Shown here piece by piece: positions 1 through 8,581 of a stretch of DNA of 24,000 bases (position 1 is its first letter; every line of letters starts with the position of its first letter). The stretch comes from Pseudomonadota bacterium. Its GTDB lineage: Bacteria; Pseudomonadota; Gammaproteobacteria; Competibacterales; Competibacteraceae. The stretch spans positions 2,341 through 26,340 of the forward strand of contig JAKLIY010000010.1 in NCBI GenBank assembly GCA_022709365.1, given 5' to 3'. The notes under the pieces are model-generated. The model was not told the origin of the DNA. It was given only the letters and a program-made list of their open reading frames with translations, and made no database searches. The translations under genes and the position numbers were made by a program.

Positions 1-2154
1 ACTACGCCCCAGCACGAGCGCGACGTGAGCTTCAGTCCCGACGGGCGCAGTCTGCTTTACGTCTCAGAGCGGGGCGGCAAATGGGATGCATTTGAAACCA
101 CCATGGCGATTCCTGACGCTCCGTCGTTGCTGGCTCCAGGGCCGCTCAAGGAAACCGCCGTCACCCACACCGCTACCGATGTCCTGCAACCGGCCTACTC
201 GCCGGACGGCCAGCGCATCGCCTTTCTGGAGGATCGCAAGCGCCTCGTCATCCTCGACCGTCATACCGGCAAGACCACCACCGTGCTCCCGGACGGCCTG
301 CTGTTCTCGTACACCGACAACGACCTGCCGTTCACCTGGTCACCCGATGGCCGCTGGCTGGCGGTCACTACCGGTTCAGCGGCCAGCCAGTTCGAGGTTC
401 ATCTGATCGACGCCAGCGGGCAGAAGCCGCCGGTCAACATCAGCCGCAGCGGTTTCCAGGAGATGGCCCCGACGTTCAGCCCGGACGGCAAGACCCTCTA
501 CTACCTATCCACTCGCGCCGGGTTGCGCACCACCGACGCCAAGGACGCCGAGGTGGATATTTACGCCACCTTCCTGACCCAGGATGCCTACGACGCTTTC
601 GTCCGGCCCGCCGACCAGACCGTTCATGCGGCGGCGACCACCGCCAAGGACGCGACGCCGCCGACCGCTGCCCCGGCGTGGGAGCCTCAGTTTGACGGGT
701 TGGAATTCCGCACCGGGCGGATCACCCCATTCTCCTCAAACATCAACATGTTCAAGATCGCGGCGGACGGTAAGTCGCTGCTGTGGGTGTCCACCTCGGC
801 CACCACCGGGATGACCGGCTACCGCATCAAGCTGGGCGCGCCCGGGATGAGTCAGGTCTTTACCAAGCCGCCGAGTCCGGTCAGTGCCTATGCCACCGAC
901 GCCAAAAACGAAACCCTGTTTCTCATCGGCGCTGGCGGAATTGAGCGGATCAAGCTGGCGGACGGCAGCACGGCGACCGTTCCCTTTGCCGCCGAAATGG
1001 CCTATGACCAGCGCGGTGAGATGGCTTACCTGTTCGAACACGTCGGGCGGCTGACTCAGCAGAAGTTCTACCGGGCTGATATGCAGGGCGTGGACTGGGC
1101 GTTCTACCGCCAGGAGTACGCCAAGTTCCTGCCCCACATCATCCACTGGGAAGACTTCGCCGAGATGCTCAGCGAGATGGCGGGCGAACTGAACGCCTCG
1201 CACATGGGTTCCCTGTTTCAGCAGCCGGTCAGCTACGGGGACGCCACCGCATCGCTCGGGGTCTATTACGACCACGCCTTCGCCGGGCCGGGGATGCGGA
1301 TTGTCGATGTCTTGAAGCAAGGCCCAGCGGGACGCGCCGACAGTCAATTGCGACCGGGCGCGACGATTCTGGCGGTCGATGGTGCGCCGATTCCCCCGGA
1401 CAGCGACATTTACCCGTTGTTGAACCATAAAGCCTCAACGCCGGTGCGCCTGACGATTCAGCCGGCGGGCGGCGGCGACCCGGTGGAGGAAGTGGTCACG
1501 CCGACCCCTTTCGAGAACGACCTCATCGCGGCGCAGGCCCGCTGGGTCGAACGGGCCAGGGAGACCACCCGCCGACTGTCCAACGACCGGCTGGGTTACG
1601 TCCATGTCCCGTTGATGAACACCGCGAGCTACCAGAACTTCTATAGCGAGCTGTTCGGCAGTGAGTTCGCCGACAAGGAAGGCGTGGTGGTTGATGTGCG
1701 CTTCAACGGCGGCGGCAACCTGGCCAACCAGTTAATCGCTGATCTGTCGGCGACGGCGGCGGGGTCGAGCATCGACCGCGAGGGCCGGTTCATCACCCAC
1801 ATCCCGGAAAATCGCTGGAGCAAGCCGAGTATTTTGCTGGCTAACGGCTACAGCTACTCCGATGGCAGCATTTTCCCGCACCTGTACAAACAGGCCAAGC
1901 TCGGCTCATTCGTCGGCGAACCGGTGCCCGGCACCGGCACCTCGGTGTGGTGGGTCCCGATGATCGGCGGCAAGCTGAAGTACGGCATCCCCGAAATTGG
2001 CCGGAAGGATCTGCAAGGCCGCTGGTTCGAGAACACCGAGGATCAACCCGACATCCTCGTCCGTCGCACGCCGGACTCGATCGAGGAAGGTCGTGATGTG
2101 CAGCTCGAACGTGCAGTCGAGCAGCTTCTCGATCAGCTTGGCGAACCGAAGTGA
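1..2154 (+). CDS. Tricorn-like protease (TolB-type beta-propeller + PDZ + peptidase S41 domain), 5' end off-window
   Basis: Frame 1 is open from base 1 (TTPQHERDVSFSPDG...), so the GTG at 25 in the ORF track is probably not the true start. Repeated (F/Y/W)SPDG propeller motifs. PDZ-like segment GMRIVDVLKQGPAGRADSQLRPGATILAVDG. S41/tricorn-type signatures VDVRFNGGGN, GELNASH and GYSYSDGSIF (catalytic Ser context). Stop TGA at 2152-2154. Confidence 0.8.
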   Translation, partial: TTPQHERDVSFSPDGRSLLYVSERGGKWDAFETTMAIPDAPSLLAPGPLKETAVTHTATDVLQPAYSPDGQRIAFLEDRKRLVILDRHTGKTTTVLPDGLLFSYTDNDLPFTWSPDGRWLAVTTGSAASQFEVHLIDASGQKPPVNISRSGFQEMAPTFSPDGKTLYYLSTRAGLRTTDAKDAEVDIYATFLTQDAYDAFVRPADQTVHAAATTAKDATPPTAAPAWEPQFDGLEFRTGRITPFSSNINMFKIAADGKSLLWVSTSATTGMTGYRIKLGAPGMSQVFTKPPSPVSAYATDAKNETLFLIGAGGIERIKLADGSTATVPFAAEMAYDQRGEMAYLFEHVGRLTQQKFYRADMQGVDWAFYRQEYAKFLPHIIHWEDFAEMLSEMAGELNASHMGSLFQQPVSYGDATASLGVYYDHAFAGPGMRIVDVLKQGPAGRADSQLRPGATILAVDGAPIPPDSDIYPLLNHKASTPVRLTIQPAGGGDPVEEVVTPTPFENDLIAAQARWVERARETTRRLSNDRLGYVHVPLMNTASYQNFYSELFGSEFADKEGVVVDVRFNGGGNLANQLIADLSATAAGSSIDREGRFITHIPENRWSKPSILLANGYSYSDGSIFPHLYKQAKLGSFVGEPVPGTGTSVWWVPMIGGKLKYGIPEIGRKDLQGRWFENTEDQPDILVRRTPDSIEEGRDVQLERAVEQLLDQLGEPK

Positions 2155-2192
2155 ACGACTCAACGCAAACCCGTTAATTAGAGGAGTTCATC

Positions 2193-2843
2193 ATGAAGCA
2201 TCGTGTGATTGGCTATTCCGCCGGCATCCTCGCCGCCCTGCTGGTTTTGACGCCAGCCGCTTATGCTCAAGACCCCGCTCCCGATCTGCAGGACCTCGTT
2301 GGCGCCAAGGGCAGCAGCGGTGAACAGGCTCTCCAAAAGCGCGGATTCAAGTTTGTCAAGGGCGAAAAGTCTGGCAGCGACAGCTACACGAACTGGCGTA
2401 ATGCCCGCACCGGGCAGTGCATCATCGTGCATACTGCCGAGGGTCGCTACCAATCTCTCGTCAAAGCGCCGGACCCGGATTGCCAGGTCAGCGGCGCGGC
2501 TGACGGCGTGCCCGCACCGGGATTCAGCGAACACGGTAGCCGCTTTGATACGGTTTGCGGGGTGACGGTGGGCAGCAAGACCTACCGCTACAAATGCCTC
2601 GTAGAAGGCACCGCACCCGGTGGCTCAGGTAAAACCGTCGTCCATTACCCGGATCAGAAGATCACGCTGCACTGGCGCGGAGGAAAGCGCGTGGGTGTGG
2701 AATTCGAGGGCATGAAGACCCAGCAGACGACCTTCAGCACCTCTGAGGGCAGTACCCAGTTCATGTACGAAGGTAAGCCGTACTTCTATGTGTCCGATCC
2801 CGGCGCCGCGGAATGGGAAGTGAAGCACTTCCATGATCAGTGA
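2193..2843 (+). CDS. Hypothetical secreted/periplasmic protein (216 aa), no family recognised
   Basis: GAGGAG at 2181-2186 lies 6 nt before the ATG. N-terminal signal peptide MKHRVIGYSAGILAALLVLTPAAYA|QD. Protein-like composition. Starts 39 nt after the protease gene on the same strand. Confidence 0.7.
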   Translation: MKHRVIGYSAGILAALLVLTPAAYAQDPAPDLQDLVGAKGSSGEQALQKRGFKFVKGEKSGSDSYTNWRNARTGQCIIVHTAEGRYQSLVKAPDPDCQVSGAADGVPAPGFSEHGSRFDTVCGVTVGSKTYRYKCLVEGTAPGGSGKTVVHYPDQKITLHWRGGKRVGVEFEGMKTQQTTFSTSEGSTQFMYEGKPYFYVSDPGAAEWEVKHFHDQ

Positions 2844-3099
2844 CGGAGCCACTGGCCGCAATGGAACCGTGCTGCATACCCAAGACAATATCGGCTTGTT
2901 GTTGCTGGGTTTCAGTACGCCAGATTCAAGATTCCGTTCGCTCCTGAAACAACTCTATGAGGCGCTGGCAGGTACTGGATGACCGGCCGTCTTGCTCGTC
3001 GATGAGCAAGCTGAAATGAAAAGCCGGGCGAGGTCAGCGCGAAGGTGGCGAGATAGGAGGTAGCGAACTCGCTATCTCGCTATCTCCCGGAGCAAACGT

Positions 3100-3900
3100 T
3101 TACAGCGGCTGCTGTTCGAGATCGCTGTCCTCGACCAGACTCCGATAAGCATGCCAGGTGGCGTGGCCGATGAGGGGTAAGGCAATAGCCAAGCCGAGAT
3201 AGAAGGTCATCAGGCCGATGCCGGTGAAAATGACGATCAGCACCGCCCACAGCGCCATGGGGGCAGGATTGGCGCGAACCGCGGTCAGGCTGGTCAAAAT
3301 GGCCGTGATGAAATCGGTTTTACGATCCAGCATCATCGGGATGGACACCACACTGATGGCGAAGACCGCTGCCGCAATGATGGCACCGACCACGGTGAAC
3401 ACCAGCAGGAAGGTCAAACCACTGCCAGAGAAGAAGATCTGCGCCGCCGAAGAGTCCAGACTCAGATCGCGGCCGCCGACGATGACCGCAAATAGCGCCG
3501 CTGACAGCCGCGCCCACACAATCATCAACAAACCGATCACTACGCCGAACAGAAAAATCGGCAAGGCGTTATGTCGCCAGGCGGTCAGGGCATGACCCAG
3601 CGTTGCCGATTCGCCCGCCTCCAGCCGGCGGCTGATATCGTACAGGCCCATGGCCAGAAACGGGCCAGCCAGCAGGAAACCCGTCGTCATGGCCAGCGCA
3701 TATTGGAACTGTCCCTCGACCAGATAGACCATCATGTAGCCCATGATCACGAACAGCAACCCATAGGCGATACTGGCTGATGGAACCCGCCACAGGTCTT
3801 TCCAGCCAGCTCCCAGCCATTCCCAGGGTTGGTCTATGGAGATCAGACGCACCCTGGGGGTGGTCAATGAGCTTTCAATCACCGGAATGGTAGCAACCAT
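3100..3900 (-). CDS. Multi-pass inner-membrane protein, DUF2189/COG5473-like
   Basis: Strong RBS: GAAGGAGAAATAACG precedes the ATG on the minus strand. Several hydrophobic helices. The N-terminal motif IDQPWEWLGAGWKDLWRVPSASIAYGLLFV resembles the DUF2189 family as I recall it; family assignment is from memory only. Confidence 0.65.
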   Translation of the reverse strand: MVATIPVIESSLTTPRVRLISIDQPWEWLGAGWKDLWRVPSASIAYGLLFVIMGYMMVYLVEGQFQYALAMTTGFLLAGPFLAMGLYDISRRLEAGESATLGHALTAWRHNALPIFLFGVVIGLLMIVWARLSAALFAVIVGGRDLSLDSSAAQIFFSGSGLTFLLVFTVVGAIIAAAVFAISVVSIPMMLDRKTDFITAILTSLTAVRANPAPMALWAVLIVIFTGIGLMTFYLGLAIALPLIGHATWHAYRSLVEDSDLEQQPL

Positions 3901-4046
3901 CGTTATTTCTCCTTCACCTTAAGTATCGCGACGCAGAGCTATGAATAAGCATCGTAGCCTGAAAAAGAGGCAGAATCCTTAGTGTCACACTTGGTTTTTC
4001 TTGACCCGGCAAATGCGAAAGAGTTGCAACAACGGCAGCCTATCCA

Positions 4047-4093
4047 CGCCCTCCCCCGCAAGGAAAAGGGCGTTTACCGACAGGGGGAGGGGA
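4047..4093. repeat. REP-like G/C-rich palindromic element, copy A (long loop)
   Basis: CCCTCCCCC (4049-4057) and GGGGGAGGG (4084-4092) are inverted repeats. An inner alternative stem pairs CGCCC (4047-4051) with GGGCG (4067-4071). Lies 12 nt downstream of the minus-strand GT4 gene stop. Same core as the copies at 6927, 6990 and 20376. Confidence 0.6.
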
Positions 4094-4104
4094 TCAAGGC
4101 AAGT

Positions 4105-5352
4105 TTATTGTGGATGATCGTTACGCTGCGCCCGCAACCGGCGGTAGAGATCATAGGTTTGCTGGGCGATGCTGTGCCAACTGTAGTGTCGCTCCACTCG
4201 TTCACGACCAGCCACGGCCATCCGCTTGCACAGATCGGGATCGTTGGTGATGCGATTGATAGCGTCGGCCATGCCACGTTCGAACCGAGCCGGTGAGATC
4301 GGATCGTGCGGCGGTTCGGCGGACAGGTGCGGGTCGACCAGTAAGCCGGTTTCGCCATCCACCACCACTTCGTTAATGCCGCCGACGGCGCTGCCGACCA
4401 CCGGAGTGCCGCAGGCCATCGCTTCCAGGTTAATGATGCCGAACGGTTCGTAGATCGAGGGACAGCAGAAAATCGTCGCGTGTGAGTAAAGCGCGATGGT
4501 GTCTTTGCGCAGCAGCATCTTGGGAATCCAGATAATGCCGGAGCGTTGGCTTTGCAATTCCTTCACGATGTCTTCAATTTCGCGCTGCATGGCCAAGGTA
4601 TCGGCGTCGCCGGCGCATAGCACCACCTGCAGCTTGGGATCGAGATGGGGAATGGCCTGCAGGAGGTAATACAGCCCCTTTTGCCGGGTGATGCGTCCAA
4701 CGAACAGCACATAGGGACGGTTAGGATCGATGCCGTGCCGGGCCAGCACTTCAGGGGCTTGAATCGGCTGATATTCCTCGGTATCGATGCCGTTGGGGAT
4801 GACTACCACCCGGGTCGGCTCGACATTGAACAACCGCAGGATATCGTCACGGGTGCTGCGCGACACGGCGATGATGGCGTCGGCCATTTCCAGGGCGCTT
4901 TTCTCGATCCAGCGGGACAAATCGTAGCCATGGCCGAGTTGGTCGCGCTTCCAGGGTCGCAGCGGCTCCAGCGAGTGGACGGTGATCACCAGCGGGATGT
5001 TGTAGAGAATCTTGGCCAAAATGCCGCTGAAATGCGTGTACCAGGTATGGCAATGGATAATTTCGGCGTTGCCGCCTTCCAGATCATCGCCGATGCCTTG
5101 ACCGACGAAGGCCAGGCAGGTGCTCAGGGCCTTGAGTGGGGATACGAAGGATTGCGGGCAACCGGCGAAATGGGTGGTGTCCATTTTGATGCCGCGCACA
5201 TGCAACTGGCCCTCATCAGAGTTCTGGTCGTGAAAGCTGCGCACCTCGACCGGGGTCAGTTTCGCCAGTTCGCGGGACAGGTATTCGACGTGAACACCGG
5301 CACCGCCATAGACATACGGCGGGTACTCATTGGTAGTCAGCAGGACACGCAT
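4105..5352 (-). CDS. GT4 alpha-1,4-glucosyltransferase, 'glycogen synthase, Corynebacterium family' (mycobacterial GlgM-like)
   Basis: Start re-set to the ATG at 5352 (MRVLLTTNEYPPYVYGGAGVHV...), preceded by a GGGAG RBS; the 34 extra codons in the ORF track are not orthologue-like. Motifs recalled from GlgM (Rv1212c)/glgA_Coryne: HSLEPLRPWK, PNGIDT, FVGRITRQKG, VLCAGDADT, PSIYEPFGIINLEAMACGTPVV, GGINEVVVDGETGLLV. Confidence 0.85.
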   Translation of the reverse strand: MRVLLTTNEYPPYVYGGAGVHVEYLSRELAKLTPVEVRSFHDQNSDEGQLHVRGIKMDTTHFAGCPQSFVSPLKALSTCLAFVGQGIGDDLEGGNAEIIHCHTWYTHFSGILAKILYNIPLVITVHSLEPLRPWKRDQLGHGYDLSRWIEKSALEMADAIIAVSRSTRDDILRLFNVEPTRVVVIPNGIDTEEYQPIQAPEVLARHGIDPNRPYVLFVGRITRQKGLYYLLQAIPHLDPKLQVVLCAGDADTLAMQREIEDIVKELQSQRSGIIWIPKMLLRKDTIALYSHATIFCCPSIYEPFGIINLEAMACGTPVVGSAVGGINEVVVDGETGLLVDPHLSAEPPHDPISPARFERGMADAINRITNDPDLCKRMAVAGRERVERHYSWHSIAQQTYDLYRRLRAQRNDHPQ

Positions 5353-5428
5353 TGTTCTTATGCTCCCTTTGGGGCCAAGCCGGCAGCGAGGCGGGTGAAA
5401 GATGTCGGGCATTATGCCAAGCAGAGCA

Positions 5429-5461
5429 GGGATTTTGAAAGGGCAGAACGGCATCCTGCCC
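5429..5461 (-). terminator. Candidate intrinsic terminator downstream of creD
   Basis: Minus strand reads GGGCAGGA-TGCCG-TTCTGCCC (8-bp stem with one G-U pair, 5-nt loop) followed by TTTCAAAAT. It lies 35 nt after the creD stop. The U-tract is interrupted, so strength is uncertain. Confidence 0.45.
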
Positions 5462-5495
5462 GTGGTCTACGGTTATCGTCGTGTAGGTAACGATT

Positions 5496-6890
5496 TCATC
5501 CGCCCGCACTGTCCTGCTCATTCAATACCTGCCGATCCGCCACACTTCGCCCGCGCCGGACCTGCAAACCCTCGCTCAGTTGATACCAGTCTACCTTTCG
5601 GGTCAGCACCATCGCCAGCGCCAGGAAGCCGAACAGCGTGAGTGAGCCGGCCAGCAGCGCATAGTCTTCCAGGCTGATCAGCACATAGAGAATGCCGAAC
5701 ACCCCACTGAGCAGTGTACCGAACCCCAGCCCCCAGGCCATGCTCCCCAACACGTAAATCAGGTAATAGCTGATCAGCGCCACGCAACCAGCGGTCGCTG
5801 CCGCATAGGCCGGCGCAAAGCCGATGTGTTCCGACAGCGACAGCAGCAGCAGGTAGAACAGGGTCAGCGCCGCCCCGGTCAGACCGTATTGCAGCGGATG
5901 GATCGCCAGACGCCGCAGCACCTCGAACAGAAAGAAGGCGATAAAACTTAAACCGATGAACAGCAGACCGTATTTGAGCGCCCGGTCGCTTTGAACATAG
6001 CTGTCGGCGGGTTCCACAAAGCGCACCCCGATCAGTCCATCCAACCCCTGCTGACCGCGCAGATAGGCGTTTAACTGATGATCCATGTTGGCGGCCAGCC
6101 GGGTGGTTGCCCAGGCGGCGGTGAATCCCTCGGGCGTCACCGTGCGCGCTTCCGGCAGGAACTGGCCGAAGAAGCTGGGATGCGGCCAGCCGCCCCGCAC
6201 TGCGATGCGCGTAGCGTCGCCCACCGGAGCGAGGCTGATCGATTGGGTGCCGCGCACATCCAGGGTAAAGGCGAATTCGGCAGACCACGGATTTTGCAGA
6301 TTCAGTCCGCTGATGCGCGCCTGAATGCCATCCGCCATCCGCTCCTCTCCGGTACCGGGTAGAAAATCGACGCGCTGTTCCCCCCAGGTCAACGCGGGCG
6401 CTCGTAAAATGCCACGCGGGTCGGTGATGCCGATGATCAAGCGCGGTTCGCCGAGAATCATTTGCTCGTTGGCGCCGGGCTTAACCGGTTCACCTTCAGC
6501 AGCAAACCGGCCCTTGAAAGCGAGACTGGCGCTGAATACGACCGCCTGATACAAGCCGCGCCGCACCGGTTCAGTATTCAGGCTGGCTTGAACGTCCAGT
6601 TCGGCGGGCAGCAACAACAGTCGATCCGCGAAGCGTTTTTCGACTTCCAGGGGGCGACCGTCTTCCTTGTCGGCCGGTTTCAAGGTCTTGATGATGCGGG
6701 TGTAGGGAATCACCAGCACCGGCCCCACCATCGTTTGCGCGCGGGCAGTGGCGGCGGCGATCTCGGCGACCACGCTGTCGCGGCGGGCCATCCGCTCGTA
6801 CACCAGAAAACTGATCCGCGCCAGCCCGGCAGCGAGAATCAGCGTGACCAGAAAAATCAGGGCGATTTTGGTGAACAGGCCGTATTTCAT
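5496..6890 (-). CDS. creD: Inner-membrane protein CreD (cell-envelope integrity)
   Basis: Start re-set to the ATG at 6890 (MKYGLFTKIALIFLV...) with GGAG 6 nt upstream. The ORF-track N-terminal extension (MGEGRGGGSEW...) is a translation of a REP-like repeat. Architecture is CreD-like: N-terminal TM, large periplasmic region, C-terminal cluster of TM helices. Lies downstream of creBC. Confidence 0.85.
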   Translation of the reverse strand: MKYGLFTKIALIFLVTLILAAGLARISFLVYERMARRDSVVAEIAAATARAQTMVGPVLVIPYTRIIKTLKPADKEDGRPLEVEKRFADRLLLLPAELDVQASLNTEPVRRGLYQAVVFSASLAFKGRFAAEGEPVKPGANEQMILGEPRLIIGITDPRGILRAPALTWGEQRVDFLPGTGEERMADGIQARISGLNLQNPWSAEFAFTLDVRGTQSISLAPVGDATRIAVRGGWPHPSFFGQFLPEARTVTPEGFTAAWATTRLAANMDHQLNAYLRGQQGLDGLIGVRFVEPADSYVQSDRALKYGLLFIGLSFIAFFLFEVLRRLAIHPLQYGLTGAALTLFYLLLLSLSEHIGFAPAYAAATAGCVALISYYLIYVLGSMAWGLGFGTLLSGVFGILYVLISLEDYALLAGSLTLFGFLALAMVLTRKVDWYQLSEGLQVRRGRSVADRQVLNEQDSAGG

Positions 6891-6926
6891 GAGAGGCTCC
6901 CCGTTGTGGAATGGTAACCATTCAGA

Positions 6927-6968
6927 CCCCCCACCCCGGCCCTCCCCCACAAGGGGGGAGGGAGTTTT
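6927..6968 (+). repeat. REP-like G/C-rich palindromic element, copy B1
   Basis: ccccccaccccggCCCTCCCCCacaaGGGGGGAGGGagtttt. Near-identical organisation to the copy at 20376-20422: C-rich left flank, CCCTC(C/T)CCC stem, short loop, GGGGGAGGG, then AGTTTT. Confidence 0.7.
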
Positions 6969-6989
6969 ACAAAACAGTCGGTTATCTGG

Positions 6990-7031
6990 CTCCCCCTCCC
7001 CGACGTGGGAGGGGGTTGGGGGGAGGGGGTG
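6990..7031 (-). repeat. REP-like G/C-rich palindromic element, copy B2 (inverted relative to B1)
   Basis: ctCCCCCTCCCcgacgtGGGAGGGGGttggggggagggggtg. This aligns with the reverse complement of the 20376-20422 copy (ctccctccccctggaattgggagagggttagggtggaggggtg). It forms a head-to-head pair with B1, 21 nt apart. Confidence 0.7.
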
Positions 7032-7130
7032 AACGCATATATGGAATGTACGGGGTGAGCCTACCTGGCTTGTTTGAGCGGGTGATGAGCGAATCGTGGG
7101 GAAACTGTGGGGATGGGGTGAACCGGGTGA

Positions 7131-8573
7131 TCAGGCTGCCGGCAGCGTCAAACGCGCCGCCACGCCACTGGCCTTTCCCGCTGCGTTCAGTACGTTATCC
7201 ACCGTAATCGTCCCCCCGTGCAGTTGCGCGACTTCCCGGACGAACGCCAGTCCCAGACCGGTGCTTTTACGTCCGGTGTCGGGCCGGGGCAGCGAATAGA
7301 ATCGCTCAAACAGCCGGTCGCGGGTATAGTCGGGAAGGGCGCTGCCAGTATTGGCGACGGTCAACCGCCAGGCGTCGCTGGTTGCTTCGGCTGCCAGAGT
7401 GATGCAGCCCTGTTCCGGCGAAAAATCCAGCGCATTGTCCAGCAAGTTGCCGATGGCCTGCGCGATCAGGAACCGTTCGCCCAGCAGCACCGTATTTTCT
7501 GGAATGTGTTGATCAATCCGCAGGCGTTTCCGGGCGATGATCGGCATCCGCGACGCCAGTAGTTCCTGCACGGTCGGCTGTAGCGGTATGGGTCGCTGTT
7601 CCTGCAATTCACGCCGTTGCTCGACCGTGGCCAGCGCCAGCAACCGCTCGATCATCTGCTGCAACCGCTCGGCCTCGCCCGTCACCAGGCCGGCGAACCG
7701 CTCCCGTTGCAGTGCGGGCAAGGCGTCCCGCAGCAGTTCGGCAGCGCCGGCAATCGCCGCCAGCGGACTTTTCATCTCATGGGTCAGGGTATGGACATAA
7801 CGCTCCACATAATCCCGGCCCTCCAGCCGGTCGCGCATGGTCTCGACCGCTTCGGCCAGCGCCCGCAGTTCCGGGCCGCCGTTGCGGGGAACCGCCCGCC
7901 GCTGACCCTCAGCCGCGGCGCGGGCATAAGCGGCCAGCCGGTTGATCGACCGCGCCAGCGACCAGGAAAAGGCCAATCCCACTGTCAACGAGACCGCCAC
8001 CAGCACCGCAGCGGCGCGCCGCAGTTGCGCTTCCGCCCGATCCACATAGGGCTGGACGCTGGAGCCAGGCTTGGCCACGGTCAGCACGCCGATGATCCGG
8101 TCCCCGTCGCGGATCGGCGCAGCGACATACATCACCGACGTCCGCTCGTCATCGGGATTTTCACGGGTAGTGCGAGCGCCATACTGGCCGCGCAGGGTCA
8201 GATAGACATCGTTCCAGCGGGAATAGTCCTGACCGACCGCCTGGCCAGTGGAATCGAATAACACGATGCCCTGCGTGTCGGTGATATAGACCCGATGGTC
8301 CAGCGTGTTTTTCACGATGTCCCAGACTCGGGCGTTGGGCGTGCGGCGGGCGTATTCCGCGAGCCGGGCCTGAAAGCGGCCATCCGCCAAACTGCCGTTC
8401 GCCAGATCGTCCCGCGCCAGCACCGCCAGCAGATGGGCCGTGTCGATCAGCGTCTCCTCGGTCGCCTGACGGAAAGCCGGCTTGATTTCCACGCCGAGGA
8501 TGTTCAGGGAAAAGTAGACGCCCAGACCGACAATCAGGAAGTAGCCGAGAAACAGCTTTAGGCCGAGGCGCAT
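7131..8573 (-). CDS. creC: Sensor histidine kinase CreC
   Basis: N-terminus MRLGLKLFLGYFLIVGLGVYF...IKPAFRQATEETLIDTAHLLA parallels E. coli CreC (MRIGMRLLLGYFLLV...VKPGVRRATEGTLIDTA). H-box HTLTHEMKSPLAAI. C-terminal HATPase motifs (DNALDF, GLGLAF). Confidence 0.9.
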   Translation of the reverse strand: MRLGLKLFLGYFLIVGLGVYFSLNILGVEIKPAFRQATEETLIDTAHLLAVLARDDLANGSLADGRFQARLAEYARRTPNARVWDIVKNTLDHRVYITDTQGIVLFDSTGQAVGQDYSRWNDVYLTLRGQYGARTTRENPDDERTSVMYVAAPIRDGDRIIGVLTVAKPGSSVQPYVDRAEAQLRRAAAVLVAVSLTVGLAFSWSLARSINRLAAYARAAAEGQRRAVPRNGGPELRALAEAVETMRDRLEGRDYVERYVHTLTHEMKSPLAAIAGAAELLRDALPALQRERFAGLVTGEAERLQQMIERLLALATVEQRRELQEQRPIPLQPTVQELLASRMPIIARKRLRIDQHIPENTVLLGERFLIAQAIGNLLDNALDFSPEQGCITLAAEATSDAWRLTVANTGSALPDYTRDRLFERFYSLPRPDTGRKSTGLGLAFVREVAQLHGGTITVDNVLNAAGKASGVAARLTLPAA

Positions 8574-8581
8574 GGTGGGCT

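Noticed and set aside
2861-2947. Cys-rich 28-codon ORF (MEPCCIPKTISACCCWVSVRQIQDSVRS) in the convergent spacer.
   Set aside because: It has no well-spaced RBS (GGAG is 12 nt upstream) and is too short to evaluate by composition. It overlaps the inverted repeat at 2909-2950. It is noted only as something ribosome profiling could test.
6748-7032. ORFs translating to PSPTRGEG/GGRG-type peptides across the REP-like elements (6748-7032, 6911-7207, 3982-4296).
   Set aside because: These are translation artefacts of G/C-rich palindromic repeats. They have no RBS and no protein-like composition.
6891-7130. Search for an E. coli-type cre tag (TTCAC-N6-TTCAC) upstream of creD, and also at 10288-10445 upstream of the channel gene.
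   Set aside because: Only imperfect half-sites with wrong spacing were found. On the minus strand these are CTCAC, TTCCA and TTCAC at 13-nt intervals. GTGAA-N4-GTGAT at about 7118-7131 ends at the creC stop codon. I do not call any of these a site.
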